Origin: the human T2T-CHM13v2.0 reference genome, Homo sapiens
Direction: 5' to 3' (one strand)
NCBI RefSeq assembly: GCF_009914755.1
Contig: NC_060938.1
DNA: 64,000 nucleotides
The notes under the pieces are model-generated. The model did no database searches, was not told where the DNA came from, and worked only from the letters and a program-made list of their open reading frames with translations. A program made the translations under genes and the position numbers. Below, one piece after another: positions 12,496 to 24,869 of this stretch. Each line of letters starts with the position of its first letter. Within the stretch, counting starts at the first letter, position 1.

Positions 12496-12737
12496 CAGGG
12501 TTTAGCAAAATTTTTCTGTAAAAGGCCAGGTAGTATGTTTTCAGCTTTGCAGGGCACACTACTTAATTCTGCTGTAATTGTAATAGTAATTGCAATGCAA
12601 AAGGCAACATGTAAAGGCAGCCATAGGCAATGTGTAAGTAATTGGGCATGGATATGTTCTAATACAACCTTACTTATAATATGGCCAATGGCCAATGGGC
12701 CAGATTTGTCCTGTTGGTCATAGTTCTCCAACCCCTG
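12496..12737. mobile_element. MER58A-like hAT-Charlie MITE
   Basis: TIRs CAGGGTTTAGCAAA / TTCTCCAACCCCTG; degenerate 8-bp TSD CTGTAGTT / CTCTAGCT. Confidence 0.8.
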
Positions 12738-13145
12738 CTCTAGCTCTAAGTATTTTCTCTTGAATCCACTTTTAAATAATCACCTCATAACTTGCATGAG
12801 ATATTTTTTTGAAAAACCTTTTAAACTCAGTGAAATATGAATTTTGTAAAAAAAAAAAAATCCAGTTTTCTTCATTTTCTTTAGATTTAGCTTAAGTAGA
12901 TGGAAATTCTATTGCAGAATTGCCCGTATCAATTTCCATACTTGTTTGGAAAGCCTTCAAATTCAAGAAAGAATTATTCTTCCAATAGAAGTTTATTGTA
13001 ATGCAAATATACAGGAACGGATCTATCTAAGCTTTTAATCTATGTGAAGGACTGTGTTTTACCATATTTCTAATGAGTAATTGATTTTGACTTTAAGATA
13101 TAACTGAGTTTTCACATTTTATTTAAACACCTAAATAAGAGCTTT

Positions 13146-13490
13146 TGTGGCAGAAATAGAAAGCTGAGTACCAAAGATTTGTGATCCCATTTCATGGTGT
13201 AGAATTGTCACTTGGAAGCAGCCCCTAGATTCCCTTAAACTAGATGGGACCGTGTGACTAGTTCTCACTGCTTTGTGCCAATTCCAGGTGAGAAATTTTA
13301 AGAAGTGAGTGTGATTTCTCCATTCTCTTCTAATCAGCAGGCTGAATATCACCTGAAAAGGGGACCCGACAAGAACACCCCTCCTGTCAAATGAGTTTTA
13401 CTTGACTAAAAAATAAGCTTCTATCAGGTTAGGTCACTAAGACTCAGGCTTTAATTGTTGGAGTAACTAGCATTACTCAAACTAGTAAAA
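13146..13490 (+). mobile_element. Old MaLR LTR (MLT1I/J-like)
   Basis: TGTGGCAGA start, TAGATGGGACCGTGTGACTAGTTCT core, AAATAAGCTTCTAT...CACTAAGA 3' part. Confidence 0.5.
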
Positions 13491-13920
13491 TTCTAAACAA
13501 CAAAAAAATTCTGATATTTTTGGTGATGGATGACCGTATATTTCAGTATTTAAAAATGCACATTCTATTTGAAATGCTAAAATCCTGGAAATACATGTCA
13601 TAATCACTAGACTTGTTCTCCAATATAATTTACCTCTTGCCAATAATTGAGGTAGTTTAATAAAGAATAGATTCAGAATAGGTAGAAAAATGTAAGAAGG
13701 AAATTTTACAAAAAAGGAAACTGAGCAAAAGCGTAGAAACTTTACATTTAAGTATGCTTGACATTATAAACAAGCTTAATATTATATTTAAACATAAAAC
13801 ATCATTGCTTAATGTACGTGGAATGGTTTAGAGATGACATTTGACTACATATATAAAGAAGCTAAATAAAATATCACTACTTAAGAATAGATAATTTCTC
13901 TGTAGAAAAAGAATTGGGAG

Positions 13921-14233
13921 TCTTTTTTTAATTTAATTTATTATTATTATACTTTAAGTTTTAGGGTACATGTGCACAATGTGCAGGTTAGTTACATATG
14001 TATACATGTGCCATGCTGGTGTGCTGCACCCATTAACTCGTCATTTAACATTAGGTATATCTCCTAAAGCTATCCCTCCCCCTCCCCCCACCCCACAACA
14101 GTCCCCAGAGTGTGATGTTCCCCTTCCTGTGTCCATGTGTTCTCATTGTTCAATTCCCACCTATGAGTGAGAACATGCGGTGTTTGGTTTTTTGTTCTTG
14201 CTATAGTTTACTGAGAATGATGATTTCCAGTTT
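13921..14233 (-). mobile_element. L1PA2/3-like 3' end, heavily 5'-truncated
   Basis: TTATACTTTAAGTTTTAGGGTACATGTGCAC...GTCCCCAGAGTGTGATGTTCCCC...GAGAATGATGATTTCC is near-identical to young L1 3'UTR/ORF2 end. Confidence 0.95.
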
Positions 14234-15099
14234 GAACTTTGCTTCGTTAAATGGCGCTAACTAGTTCCACACTGACTAATTTAACTCCTGTGAATCCTTT
14301 TCCCTATGCCCAGTACCAGGATAATCTGTAAAGCCCAGTTTGAATGTTTAGCCCAGCTATGTAAACACATACAGAAGCTGGCTTCTGTATCCTGAGTGCC
14401 TAGAATGGCATGTTCATCTTGTTTTTTTTACCCTAAAATAGTATTTGAAACAAAGAGAATGCCCTGGTTATAATATAGAAAACTCGGAGAAGGTAGTCCA
14501 GCAAAGGAATGAGAATATATTTCCCTCTGAATTACATGTTTTCTCCCTTGACTACCTGTGATGCCAACTGATGCTACAAGGAACATTAGGAATCCTAGAA
14601 TTTTCCCTTGAGTGGAGCATAAGAAGTAACTGGCTTTACTACTCTCTTCTTGAAGTTTCTAGGAGGCATTTTGCCAGACAGGCTCCCAGTGTTGCCAAAA
14701 ATATAAAAGTGAAAGAAACCGGTAGGAGTTGTTTTTGATTTAAGGATTGAGGAAACATAAGAAGATAAGTAAGCCCAAAATGAACTGGGAAAACGAAGAT
14801 TAAGTACTAAGTCCTGATCTAATAGAGATTTTTAAAAGACCATGAATGGAGATGCTCCATTTCTCTCTTAAATTCTCTTTCATTTCATTAACATCACTTA
14901 TTAAAGCCATTGTAAAGCCACTATTCAAATAGGTCTGGGCCACATTCTTCTCCTATTACTATTTTTCTTAGTTATGTCGACGTTAAGAGTTCTGCCATCT
15001 CCTTAAGTGGTCAAAACCAGTAGGGTCTTCTACAAAATTATGAATCTTGTTAACTTGCACATGAAGAAATTATTTTCAGTTCTAGAATGGCAAGAAACT

Positions 15100-16960
15100 A
15101 TTATGATCATACAGACAATGAAGAATTGTTGAAGATCTTGTAGGGCAGGAATGTGCTCAAAGTAGTATTTTGGAAAAATTACCAAAGATCTGTTTTGAAC
15201 AGGAAAAAAAATGAAGGTGGAGAAAGTGGTTAAAATAGCATGCAGGTAATAAATCAGTAACAATAAAAATGCAAAGGGCATAGTGAATATATAAGAATCA
15301 TTTAAAAAAAGGGTAATATTTGTTTTAAAACAGGGTAAATTGTATGTAAAAATGGAATACCCAGCTGAAGGTGTTCAACAGACAACTGAAAATTCAGGAT
15401 CTCAGCTTGTCAAAGACATTAGGTCTGAAGATACTAATTTGGAAGATAACCTGGTAATTGCATTCAAAATGATCTAATGTGCCCTTCAGCTTGACTAAAC
15501 GTTGGACAGGTTTATTCTGGTCTAAATACTCTGACCTCAACCCTCCCCCAACCCGCCCCCCACCCTTCTTTTTTTTTTTAGAGCACTTACTTTAGAAAAT
15601 GCAATTGTAAATTCCCCTTCTGCCGCTTTGAGATGTAACTCTTCTCCCAACCTCTTGCCAGTTTTACAACTGAGAAATGGCTTTTTCAATGATTTGGGAG
15701 CCATCCCTTTGACATGTAACCATCCAGAAAGACAGAGACATTATCTCTCAATCTCTGTGGGAAAGTAGGAGCCTAACTTTAATAAATACCAATTAGCAAA
15801 CAATAATGGCCTAATCCCATTGACCATTCTCCCTCTTCACATCTTCCAGCACTTTTCCACTAGCTCATCCCAGAGCTTAAAACTCTCCTGCCTTTTGTTT
15901 TAGTGGATTTGAGTTCAATCTCTCTCTCCTATTATAATAGTCTTAAATAAAGCCTGTTTAACTTGTCTAGTGCAGTTTTTCTTTGACATAATCATTGGAG
16001 CCATAAAAGTATTGGAAATATTCAAGAAAGACAGTGAGAAAGAAAAAAAAGGCCAGTTAAGTATCTTGAAGAAACTCAGCATTTTAATTACAGGACTAGA
16101 AAAGGAAATGAAAATGTAGAAAGAAAACCCAATATGTGTAACATAGAATTCAAAAGCCAAGAGAATTTCAGGAAGGGAGATGTCAACAGCATCAGTTCTG
16201 CATATGGGAAAACAATTATTAAAAAACTGTGAGAAAAAGTAATTGGGTAAAATGAGTAGGAGATAAGGACTGATATTTATTCTAACATCTTTATTAAGTG
16301 TGTACCATGTGTTAGGCAATTTCAAAGCTTAGGTCTTAGAGATAAGACAAACTAGGTCCCAGCTCTCATACAACTTAAAATTGAGTTGGAAGAGAAAAAA
16401 TAATAAGTACCAGAAATGTTAGATACTATTCAGGAATTTGAAGAGAATGTGTGAATATAAAGTGACTCGTGGATATTTTGGATTGGATTGGAGGGGAGGT
16501 GGGGACAAGGAAGGCCTGAGGGAGGGATAACTTGGCTGTAATCTGACTGACCAGAAGGAACCAGGAACAAAAAGCAGGTAAGTTACAGCAAAGTTCCTAT
16601 TGCAAGAAAAAGCTGGTAAAGTTCAAAGATGCCAAGCCTGGCAATAGCACAGTGAGCAAGGCTGAGAATTATATGAGATGAGGTTGGCAGAGTCCATAAT
16701 ATTGTAGGCCAGTGTAAGATGTTTGGAATTTATTTTCAGTGTGATATGAAGCCACTGGAGGGATTTAAACACAAGAATGGCACCAAGTTTGTGTTTTAAA
16801 AGGATAACTGACAGTTTTATGGAGAATGCATTTTAGAGATGTATGATGGGAAACAGAGCTATTGCCACCCTCCAGATTAGAGACTGACTACAGTGTCTTT
16901 GACTAAGGTTCACTAAGAAAGCAGTTTCATTGAAAAAGAGGGGCTGGGTGTGAAATTTGC
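15100..16960 (-). mobile_element. L2 fragments (an older L2 interrupted by an LTR and by a second L2 at ~16290-16890)
   Basis: Purine-rich antisense L2 motifs, e.g. GAAGATACTAATTTGGAAG|CATTGGAGCCAT, TTTATTAAGTGTGTACCATGTGTTAGGCA, GAAGCCACTGGAGGGATTTAA. Confidence 0.6.
15459..15988 (+). mobile_element. ERV1 solo LTR (MER67-like) inserted in L2
   Basis: TG...TTTCTTTGACA termini, AATAAA near 3' end, 4-bp TSD TAAT at 15455-15458 and 15989-15992. Confidence 0.7.
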
Positions 16961-17599
16961 ATGGGTGCAGGGACAGCTGACATCTTTTTTGTTTATGTGC
17001 TTCAAATGTGAGATATGGATGCTTGAAATGAGGAGCATATTACTTTTCTACATGTAAAACAATATTGAGATTTTCAGAAGAGAAGAATGAATATAAAAAA
17101 GTAAGTTCATTGCAGAAGGAGTTTACATTTTGAAAGAAGAGCAAGAATAACAAAAGCAGTTCTGTGAAGATGGTGCTTGGAATGTAAACTTTTCATAGTT
17201 TATAAATAAGCATCTCTTTCCATTCTTTCCTTTCTCTTTTAGAAGAGAAGAGTGTACATGGTGGTTAAGAAAATAGCAAAGCCCAGCAAATTTGAGTCAC
17301 TAGAGCTTCGGTCATTCTTTTGGGATTTGTAGATCAATGTCAATGTATATTTCTTGTGTTAGGTGCCACTGGGCTCTCTCTGGGTTTCAGAGGAACTGAG
17401 CAGAAAAGTCGGGATGTAAGACCAAAGCAAAAACAAAGCAAAACAAAACTAATAATAAAAACACATTTTTTTTCCTAGGAATTTTCCTTCTGAAGAGGGC
17501 CAGGTTATGAAAATAGGCCTAGGAACAGTGTACACTGGGCAGGAGACTAGTGAAGCTCTGAAAAGATTCAGAATATAAAATTCCTGCCGAAGAGTAATT

Positions 17600-17715
17600 T
17601 AGCGCACGTGACCAAGCACTTCACTAATGTGACCTTCCAGCTCCTCAGCTGTCTTATATAAGATCATGAATACAACAATCAGAGGGGAACCCTTGTTTCA
17701 TAATCTATTGGTAAT
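17600..17715. promoter_or_regulatory. Candidate core promoter: USF/TFE E-box, palindromic TATA, CCAAT
   Basis: CACGTGAC 17605-17612, TCTTATATAAGA 17652-17663, ATTGG 17707-17711 in repeat-free DNA; motif-only evidence. Confidence 0.25.
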
Positions 17716-19799
17716 GACTTTCAAGAGGAGAAGAAACTTTTGCAGCTGCAAGAGCAGCTACAGCCCACAGGATGGAAATTTTTTTTTCCTTGACAACCCA
17801 AAAAGACAAAGAAAGTTGAGCTTTGATGACATGTATTTTTCCTAGAGGATGTTCTCTCAAGTAGAAATTAATCTCTTAAGTCTCTTCGTTCCCCCCTAAT
17901 GGATTCTTTCTAGGAGCTAGACAAAGAGGTGAAATATTTTGGTGGCATTATGTGAGCATATTGTAATTCATTTTAGAAAATGTGTCATAATAAAGATTCT
18001 TTATTAGATATACCATTTGTTTCAAGAACATTGAGATCTGCCAGATTTCCAGAGATAGAAATTATTATCATGTTACTGACAAGAAATGAAGAGATCTTTA
18101 TAGTAGCTGGAAAGTTGGCCCAGAATATCACCAATATCTCTTGTGGTTCTAAGATTATATAAAGTCCACGGCTCCTATTGGAAGCAAGGGATTGAACCTG
18201 TCATCTTGACTCCTGAGCTAAATCCACAAAGTCTGACCTTTTGGAAAACAGTTTGTGTGCATTGGGGGCGAGGGGGAGTGGAAGATGTTTTCAAATACTC
18301 CAAGCACAGTCTGCTACTTGTTTTTTAAAGCTCCCAGGACTTCTAGATGTTATTTTTTCCCATAATAAGCATATGAAAGGTGAATTTTTATGGCTTGGGG
18401 ATTGGTATGAGTTTCATTCATGGTCTGCTTTGCTGTACTACTTTTAAGAGCTGAAAGTGTATATGTCATCTCTAATTGGAACTCCCAGGCAGAAATGATG
18501 CCATCGGGGAGCTTAAAATATGTAGCCATATGAATCACCCTGCAGACCAACCATATTGCTATAAAGCAAATAATTTACATTTAAATAACTTATCTGCATT
18601 CACCTAATTTAAAAGTAATCTTTATTCTTTCTCAACTAATCCCCAAACTTATGGACTAGTTTGATCATATTTGTGCAATAAAATTGAAATTTTCAGATAT
18701 AGTAGGTAATCAATTTTAGTCACCTCATCTGCGTTTCCAATCTCATTACAGATTGCAATTTTCAGTGCAGATTACATGATGACCCATCAGTGGCTTTGTT
18801 GTTTCTGAATTACCGATTCCTTGCCTACTGCCAGATAAGAACAAAGCCTATGCATCAGCCTGACAGCTTGCAAACAGAAAATGGGCTTGTAGGATTGGAT
18901 TTAAATCCCAGGTGTAGGGGATAATTACCACATCACTCATGCAGTAACTGAAAAATGGTATTTCAACAAGAAAAATTACATTCCTTTTATAGTGCCAACA
19001 GAAATCATTATTTGAGGCTTCACACTGATTCACTGTATCATTACATGTGCACTGTACTCATTAACTGTAATGTTTGTTGCAACATAAAAAAGTTATTGTT
19101 TTAGGTACTTTGGTGGAGAAGGTAGCTTAAATTTAAGGTTTATAGAACCTTGATGGTGTAGAGGTCGTTTGGACTCTAATATATACTGTGCAAGAGAAAT
19201 GACAACCCAGACATAGAGCTTTCAACCGGCTCCTATTACAGGAGGCGTGGATGGATAGTACAAAGAAAATGGAGTATAAATCTTTTGTTTCAAAAACCCC
19301 AGCCATTTAACCCTACAGTCTGTCCAGACAAAGAGGACAAATAATGATTCAAATCTCGACAGAGCGGTGCTGAATAGTGCATATTTTACCATTAGCTTTG
19401 AAATCATTGAAGCTCAACATATACCTTCTAAAGAACAGAAGGACAGAGACCATATTCACTTGAGAAATCATTAAAGAAAACAGTGGCAAACACACTGGAA
19501 GTGCACTCCTCACTGCTGGCATTCGGTCCATACCCACAAAGCTGCGGTTGTTTCCCAATGATTGTGCAAGCAGCACAATGATGAAAGCGAGATTCGGCAG
19601 AGTCGTTCGTGTGTAGGTGCAGAAGGCTATGTGTCAACTGCTGAGAGCAACAACTTAGGCTGCATTCATCAGAGCCCTAGTTATGTTTATGGCCAACTGG
19701 CTTTCTTATTATGATGATCAGAATAGTGTAAAAAATATGACTTCAAATTTGCTGTATTCTTGCACGAATACCACAAGGAGCCATTGACTATTTGATAGA

Positions 19800-19862
19800 C
19801 ATAGGTAAGTAAGTAGGTAGGAAGGTAGGTAGGTTGGATGGATGGATAGACAGACAGATAGA
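19800..19862. repeat. Compound (TAGG)/(TGGA)/(CAGA)/(TAGA) microsatellite
   Basis: Directly visible. Confidence 0.85.
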
Positions 19863-20604
19863 ATTTTATGTATCAGCTCATAGCGTCTTTGCCTGGAATT
19901 CCTAAATTAACATTTTTAGCCTATCCTCCCATGTGCAGGGAGATACTTTTGTGAAGAGGCTTAAAATGCAATTGTGAAGTGCTGAAATATGTCTTTCTAA
20001 TCTTCTACTCCTCTCACCTCTGTAGTCTTTTGTCTTGACAATATCTTCAGGGTGGCTGAGGCCTTGACAAATACTGAAGCAGGCCTGAGTGTGTGGAAGA
20101 TGTGCAAGGTTTTCAAATTCTCTTTAAGCTTAGGAAAGTACTTGAGGCAACAGACTTATTTTTCTAAGAGCTGGTTCCTATTCCTTTATATCCTAAGGAA
20201 AAATTCATTAGGTGAGGGGTGGTTTACGCAGATCTGCTGCCTCTTCTCAAAGAGGCTTCACTCTAGGTAAGGAAACGAAGGACATTAATGTAAAACAAAT
20301 AAAAAAATAAATAGTAACGCAATTATGAGTGTTAGGGGCTAAATGAGTAACAAGGTCATAGATCCTACAGAGGAGGCAGTAACCTCTGGTTAAAGGGAGA
20401 TGAGCACAGAAAGGGAGACAATAAAGGAAGATAAGTCCTTAAATAAACTAAAAAGAGGGCTGAAGACCTCCAACGTAAAATCTTCTTTAGTGATAAGATG
20501 AAAAGATAATGTGCTACTTTCCTAGAGGTAAGGTTTTCAAAAACAGGAGCTGGCATGTTGCTGGTAGTTCTCAGGCATTCAGTCATGTTAATCTGAACCT
20601 TAAT

Positions 20605-20830
20605 CATAATAAAAATGGACATTTATGTGCACTTTTTCTCTAAAGCACAGTGCTAAGCACTTAAGATGACTTATTTAATTCTCACGCTCATCCTATGAGG
20701 TTGTTGTCACACCATTTCAAGCACGTGAAAATTGAGACATGGAGGGATGAAGTAGTCTGCCTGAGAGACGGAGCCTGGATTTGAACCAAGTCTTTCTACA
20801 GAGCCTGTACTCTTAATCCTTAGACTACAT
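20605..20830 (-). mobile_element. MIR
   Basis: ACATTTATGTGCAC...CACAGTGCTAAGCACTT...CCTATGAGG...GGATTTGAACC...CTCTTAA. Confidence 0.75.
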
Positions 20831-22874
20831 AGTTATTATGCTGTCACAGTAGATTAGAAACTGAAAAATTTTTTAAAGTCCTTTTTGTTCTCACGTACAA
20901 AGCCAACACCACCTAGCCCCAGTCATTTAGCAACTAAAACACAACAAAGCTACTAAGTAAATATGCACTGTGTTGATGGCCATTTTAAAATAATGACTCA
21001 AACATCCAACTAACAGTCATAAAGACTCATATCTCAGGTGTGGGTTAAATCTTACATTTTCTTTAAAGAGCACGCTCTGAGCTCCGGCAATGCCAGTATT
21101 GAAATTCTGTGTTGTTGGTGGCATTTCATTCTGTTTCTTGAAATGCAAAGCATAACCTATTCCACCCACTCAGAAACTCAGCAAACTTAAAGAGATAAGT
21201 CCCTTTGCAAAGATGCCTTGGAGGAATTTATTCCCCAGTCTTATCAGAGAGAACAATGTGGGTTTGGTTCTGGATCAGGTGGTCATATTAGAAAATACAT
21301 TAAAATGCAGGCTGACAAACAAAACCAAATGCAAAATTACCATTCTGTTCTGCTCCTGACAGCAGTGTGGAAAATGTGATTTCTCTGTATTCGTCCCATC
21401 AGGGCCTTACATGGTATGGTTTAATTGGAGGACAACATGTGGTTGAACTGGAGATTGTAAGCCATGTTCAGAAATTAAAACTGACCAGACATGAACGTTG
21501 TTTCTCAACTGCATAGTCCTTATGGTACGCACGCCAAATTTTCCACATAATACCTGTGCCTTCTCAGCACCCCATCTCTGGTCACACTTGCTCTGCAGCT
21601 CCTAATTTAGTAAGAAACCGAACAGCCACATTCATCTAAGAATCTCTGTGCAGGGAGGCTGATCAATTGCTTCCCCTATGTGAATAAATCTGCTGTGTAT
21701 TCTTAAAAGGAATGCGATCAGAGCATGTGTGATTTACAAACTATCCAGTATTTTCATTGAGACATAAAAATAAATGGATTTGGTCCTCATTGCAGCTCAG
21801 CTCTTTCTCCTGGGGCTGGAGGGATTGCTCGTTTGGCCCCATGGCATGCCCTTGTGAGAGCGGTGAGAAAGCAGCCGCTTACATTACCTGAGAGAACTCT
21901 CTTTAAAAGCCTCTGTTGCTCTAAAGAGCTTCGCTGCTTAATTTTGTTTTTCCTGAACGTGTTAGATGTCGCCCGTTGGTGCTGCCTCCTGCTGCCTCAT
22001 TGTTCACTGCTGGGTCGTGCAATGTCTCCATGCTTGAGAAAGGTGCTGTACAAATTGCACAGAGGACATCTCATCGTGTGGGAGTCTGGGCCAGGCTGGG
22101 GAGATCTCGGAGCATTAGCAACTGGCATGCCTGTAGCCTGGGAGGTAGGAGTAGGAGGTTGGGAGGTGGTACTCTCTGCAAGCCATGTATGAATAAGTGA
22201 AATGACTAGCCTGAAGTCATATAAGAAAGGAAAGACATGCACAGAGCTAAGGGAAAAGCTTGCACAGAGTTAAGCAGAAAAGAAATCATACATTTGCCTT
22301 CCCCATTGCAACATTGCACCTCTTCGTTCTTTGTTAACTTGGCAAAATGGCTTCATGTTTTTCATGACAGGCAGCAGGTTTTCCTCGCTTTCCTGTTGCT
22401 GGTCTTATAACTTTCAAATGCTTCACATTGTTTTTTAACTTGCCCTATGAAACATGATTGTGTGAAGAGGAAGAATAAAATTTGTCCCCTCTGGGCAAGA
22501 CCAAATGTGGCAATGAAGACTGAGACATTAACTGGCTATCCTAGGTTTGTGGGTGGCAAATGTTGCCATGTGCCATCAAAGATGAGCTTTGAATTGTTCA
22601 GTGGTAGAAATGTGAGTAAATTGTTAGACCTTGTAAAATGAGACACAAATTCTTTTGCAGTTTTTAGAATTCTGGGGCAGCCAATAAGGCCATATTGGAC
22701 ATAATTATTGCTTAGCTTCATACATGAAATTTAAATTGTCATAGCATCTTTAAGTAGAATATTTTGTAAGACCTGAAACTAGAGATGAGCTATAACCAGT
22801 AGACTATTTCTGAGCTTTCCCTAACTGTTCTTAAACCCAAAGTTTCAGTAGAATTGCTCCAGGGCTGTCTTGTT

Positions 22875-23790
22875 CACTTAATTAATATTTATTAATCACC
22901 TGCCAGCAACAAAACTCTATGTGTTTGGTGAAAAAGGAACAACACCAGAATCTGTTTTCAATCATTTTATAATCTAGTAATGGTTAAAGCCTCTCACGGA
23001 GGTTATAATATCAGATAGATGTCTGGATTATAGACCCTAGAAGACAGAGGTCATTTTCAGTGGGTGTAACTAGAGAAAGATTCCTACAGCAGGTGCCTTT
23101 GAGTTAGGTCTTAATGAGAGGGTGGAATTTGAAAAGCAGAGATAAGGAAAAAATATATAGGCGGAAGGAAAAGCAAGGCAAAGCTTTGTAGCTAGACTAG
23201 AACATAGGCTGTATATTTAGGTGTAGAGGAAGAGGGCTGCCAAATACCAGCTCATATTTCATTTGATAGATGATAGGAATGGAAGACAGTGGATGCTGCA
23301 GTTCAAGAGAGCACCATAGGCAAAAATAGATTTTAGGAAAATAGAGCTAGAACTAGAGGCAGGGGACCAGTTAGGAGGCTATTGATGGCCCAGGTGAAAA
23401 TAACAAGGCCTGAAATGACAGTGGGAACATTGGAAGAGGAAAAGAAGAGACAAAGATGAGAGGCATGGAAGGGTTGCTGGACCCCGCCATAGTGCATGAA
23501 TAGTGGCAGAACTCTGTGTCGGATGGGATGCCCATATCTAACAGAAAGCAGGAGAAGGATGCACCAAAAGGAAGACATGGAAAAAACAAGAGAGAATTCA
23601 AATCAGCATTGAAATATATCAAAGGACCAAAGCAAAGAGAGATTTTTCAAATAGGAGCTCAAGGTCAATAATATCAAACACTGTAAGGTTAATGATAAGA
23701 ATGATAAATAGCCATTAGAATTCAAAATTGGGAAGTCATTGTTCACTGCCAAGAGAAGAGTTTCCAATTACAAAAATTCAGGGGGAGAAC
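22875..23790 (-). mobile_element. L2 fragment
   Basis: TTTGAGTTAGGTCTTAATG, GGGACCAGTTAGGAGGCTATTG, GGGAAGTCATTG. Confidence 0.65.
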
Positions 23791-23934
23791 TGGTAGGGAA
23801 GTAGACATATAGCTCCTTCAGGAGAGTTTATAGTGTAACTTCGTGAGGATGTGAAGTAAGCAAGCACAAATATGCAGATTACGGTAATGTACACAGGCAG
23901 TCTTCCTGGAGAGCATTCTGGTGATGAGAACTTG

Positions 23935-24230
23935 AAATGGGTACCCCTTTGATCCTGCAAATACTTCTTTAAATTTATTTTAAGGAAATATTGTTGCTCA
24001 TTAAAAAATGATCTACAAGGATGTTGTAGGTTTTTATATAATACTGAAAATTTTGAAGTAACTTAAATGAATGTTGATACATGTGCCATAGAATGTAGAA
24101 CCATATAATTCTATGAAAATATATTGTATTAAAAGATTCCTGGCACAGAAAAGAGTTTATAATGTGTCTGTTATTCAGTGAATTAAACAGATTATAAACC
24201 AATAAGGTGGGATTTCATTTTTAAATGTAA
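23935..24230 (+). mobile_element. Old L1 (L1ME-type) 3' fragment
   Basis: CCCTTTGATCCTGCAAATACTTCTTT...TTTATTTTAAGGAAATA resembles decayed ORF2 C-terminus. Confidence 0.5.
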
Positions 24231-24339
24231 CTATACATACCACAATTGTATACCTGTACACATATTTGTGTAATACACACATGTGCACATGTATGCACAT
24301 ATATATACACACATATATGCACACAGTTATTATACATAT

Positions 24340-24795
24340 AGCCAGATATTTTTTGTCTGCCCGTTCAGACTACATCTCTCCCTTGCACTCTGCCTCCTAT
24401 CTTCTAACATAATTGGGCCACTTCCACAGGCTTGCTTATGCAATACTTGGGTTACGGCTGTATGAGACTAAGGCATGAGAGTGGTGGGAGAAAATGAAGT
24501 GAGGATCTGTATAGTATTCCCCCAACTGTCCTTCTGTTTATTCTGGTCTCTTTTGCATTTCTCAAAGTACATAGCTCCTCTCCAGGTTAAGTCTTTCCTA
24601 TGGGTTCATTTCTTTTGGGTTCTAGTTAACTGCTATCTCCCCTCACTCCTTAAGGCCCAGGGCTGGTAACAGGTAGGTAATAGGTATGATGCACTATCCC
24701 TGATACCCACTATACTCTGCCCACACTTTATTGAATTCTCCTTGATTTATCCCTACTTGAGTTTGCCTGATGTGGGTGGGATCCAGAATAATATG
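24340..24795 (+). mobile_element. LTR33-like ERVL solo LTR
   Basis: CCCTCACTCCTTAAGGCCCAGGGCTGGTAACAGG and TTTATTGAATTCTCC...TTGAGTTTGCC resemble LTR33 3' half. Confidence 0.55.
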
Positions 24796-24869
24796 TGATA
24801 TCAATCTTTATACAGACTATTTTTTCTACTTGGAAAATTTCACGTTTGCCTGGAAAATTTAAATTTATT

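Noticed and set aside
19570-19612. Short matches to the U6 snRNA 5' end (GCAGCACA, TTCGGCAG)
   Set aside because: Only 7-8-mers, not collinear; no U6 pseudogene supported
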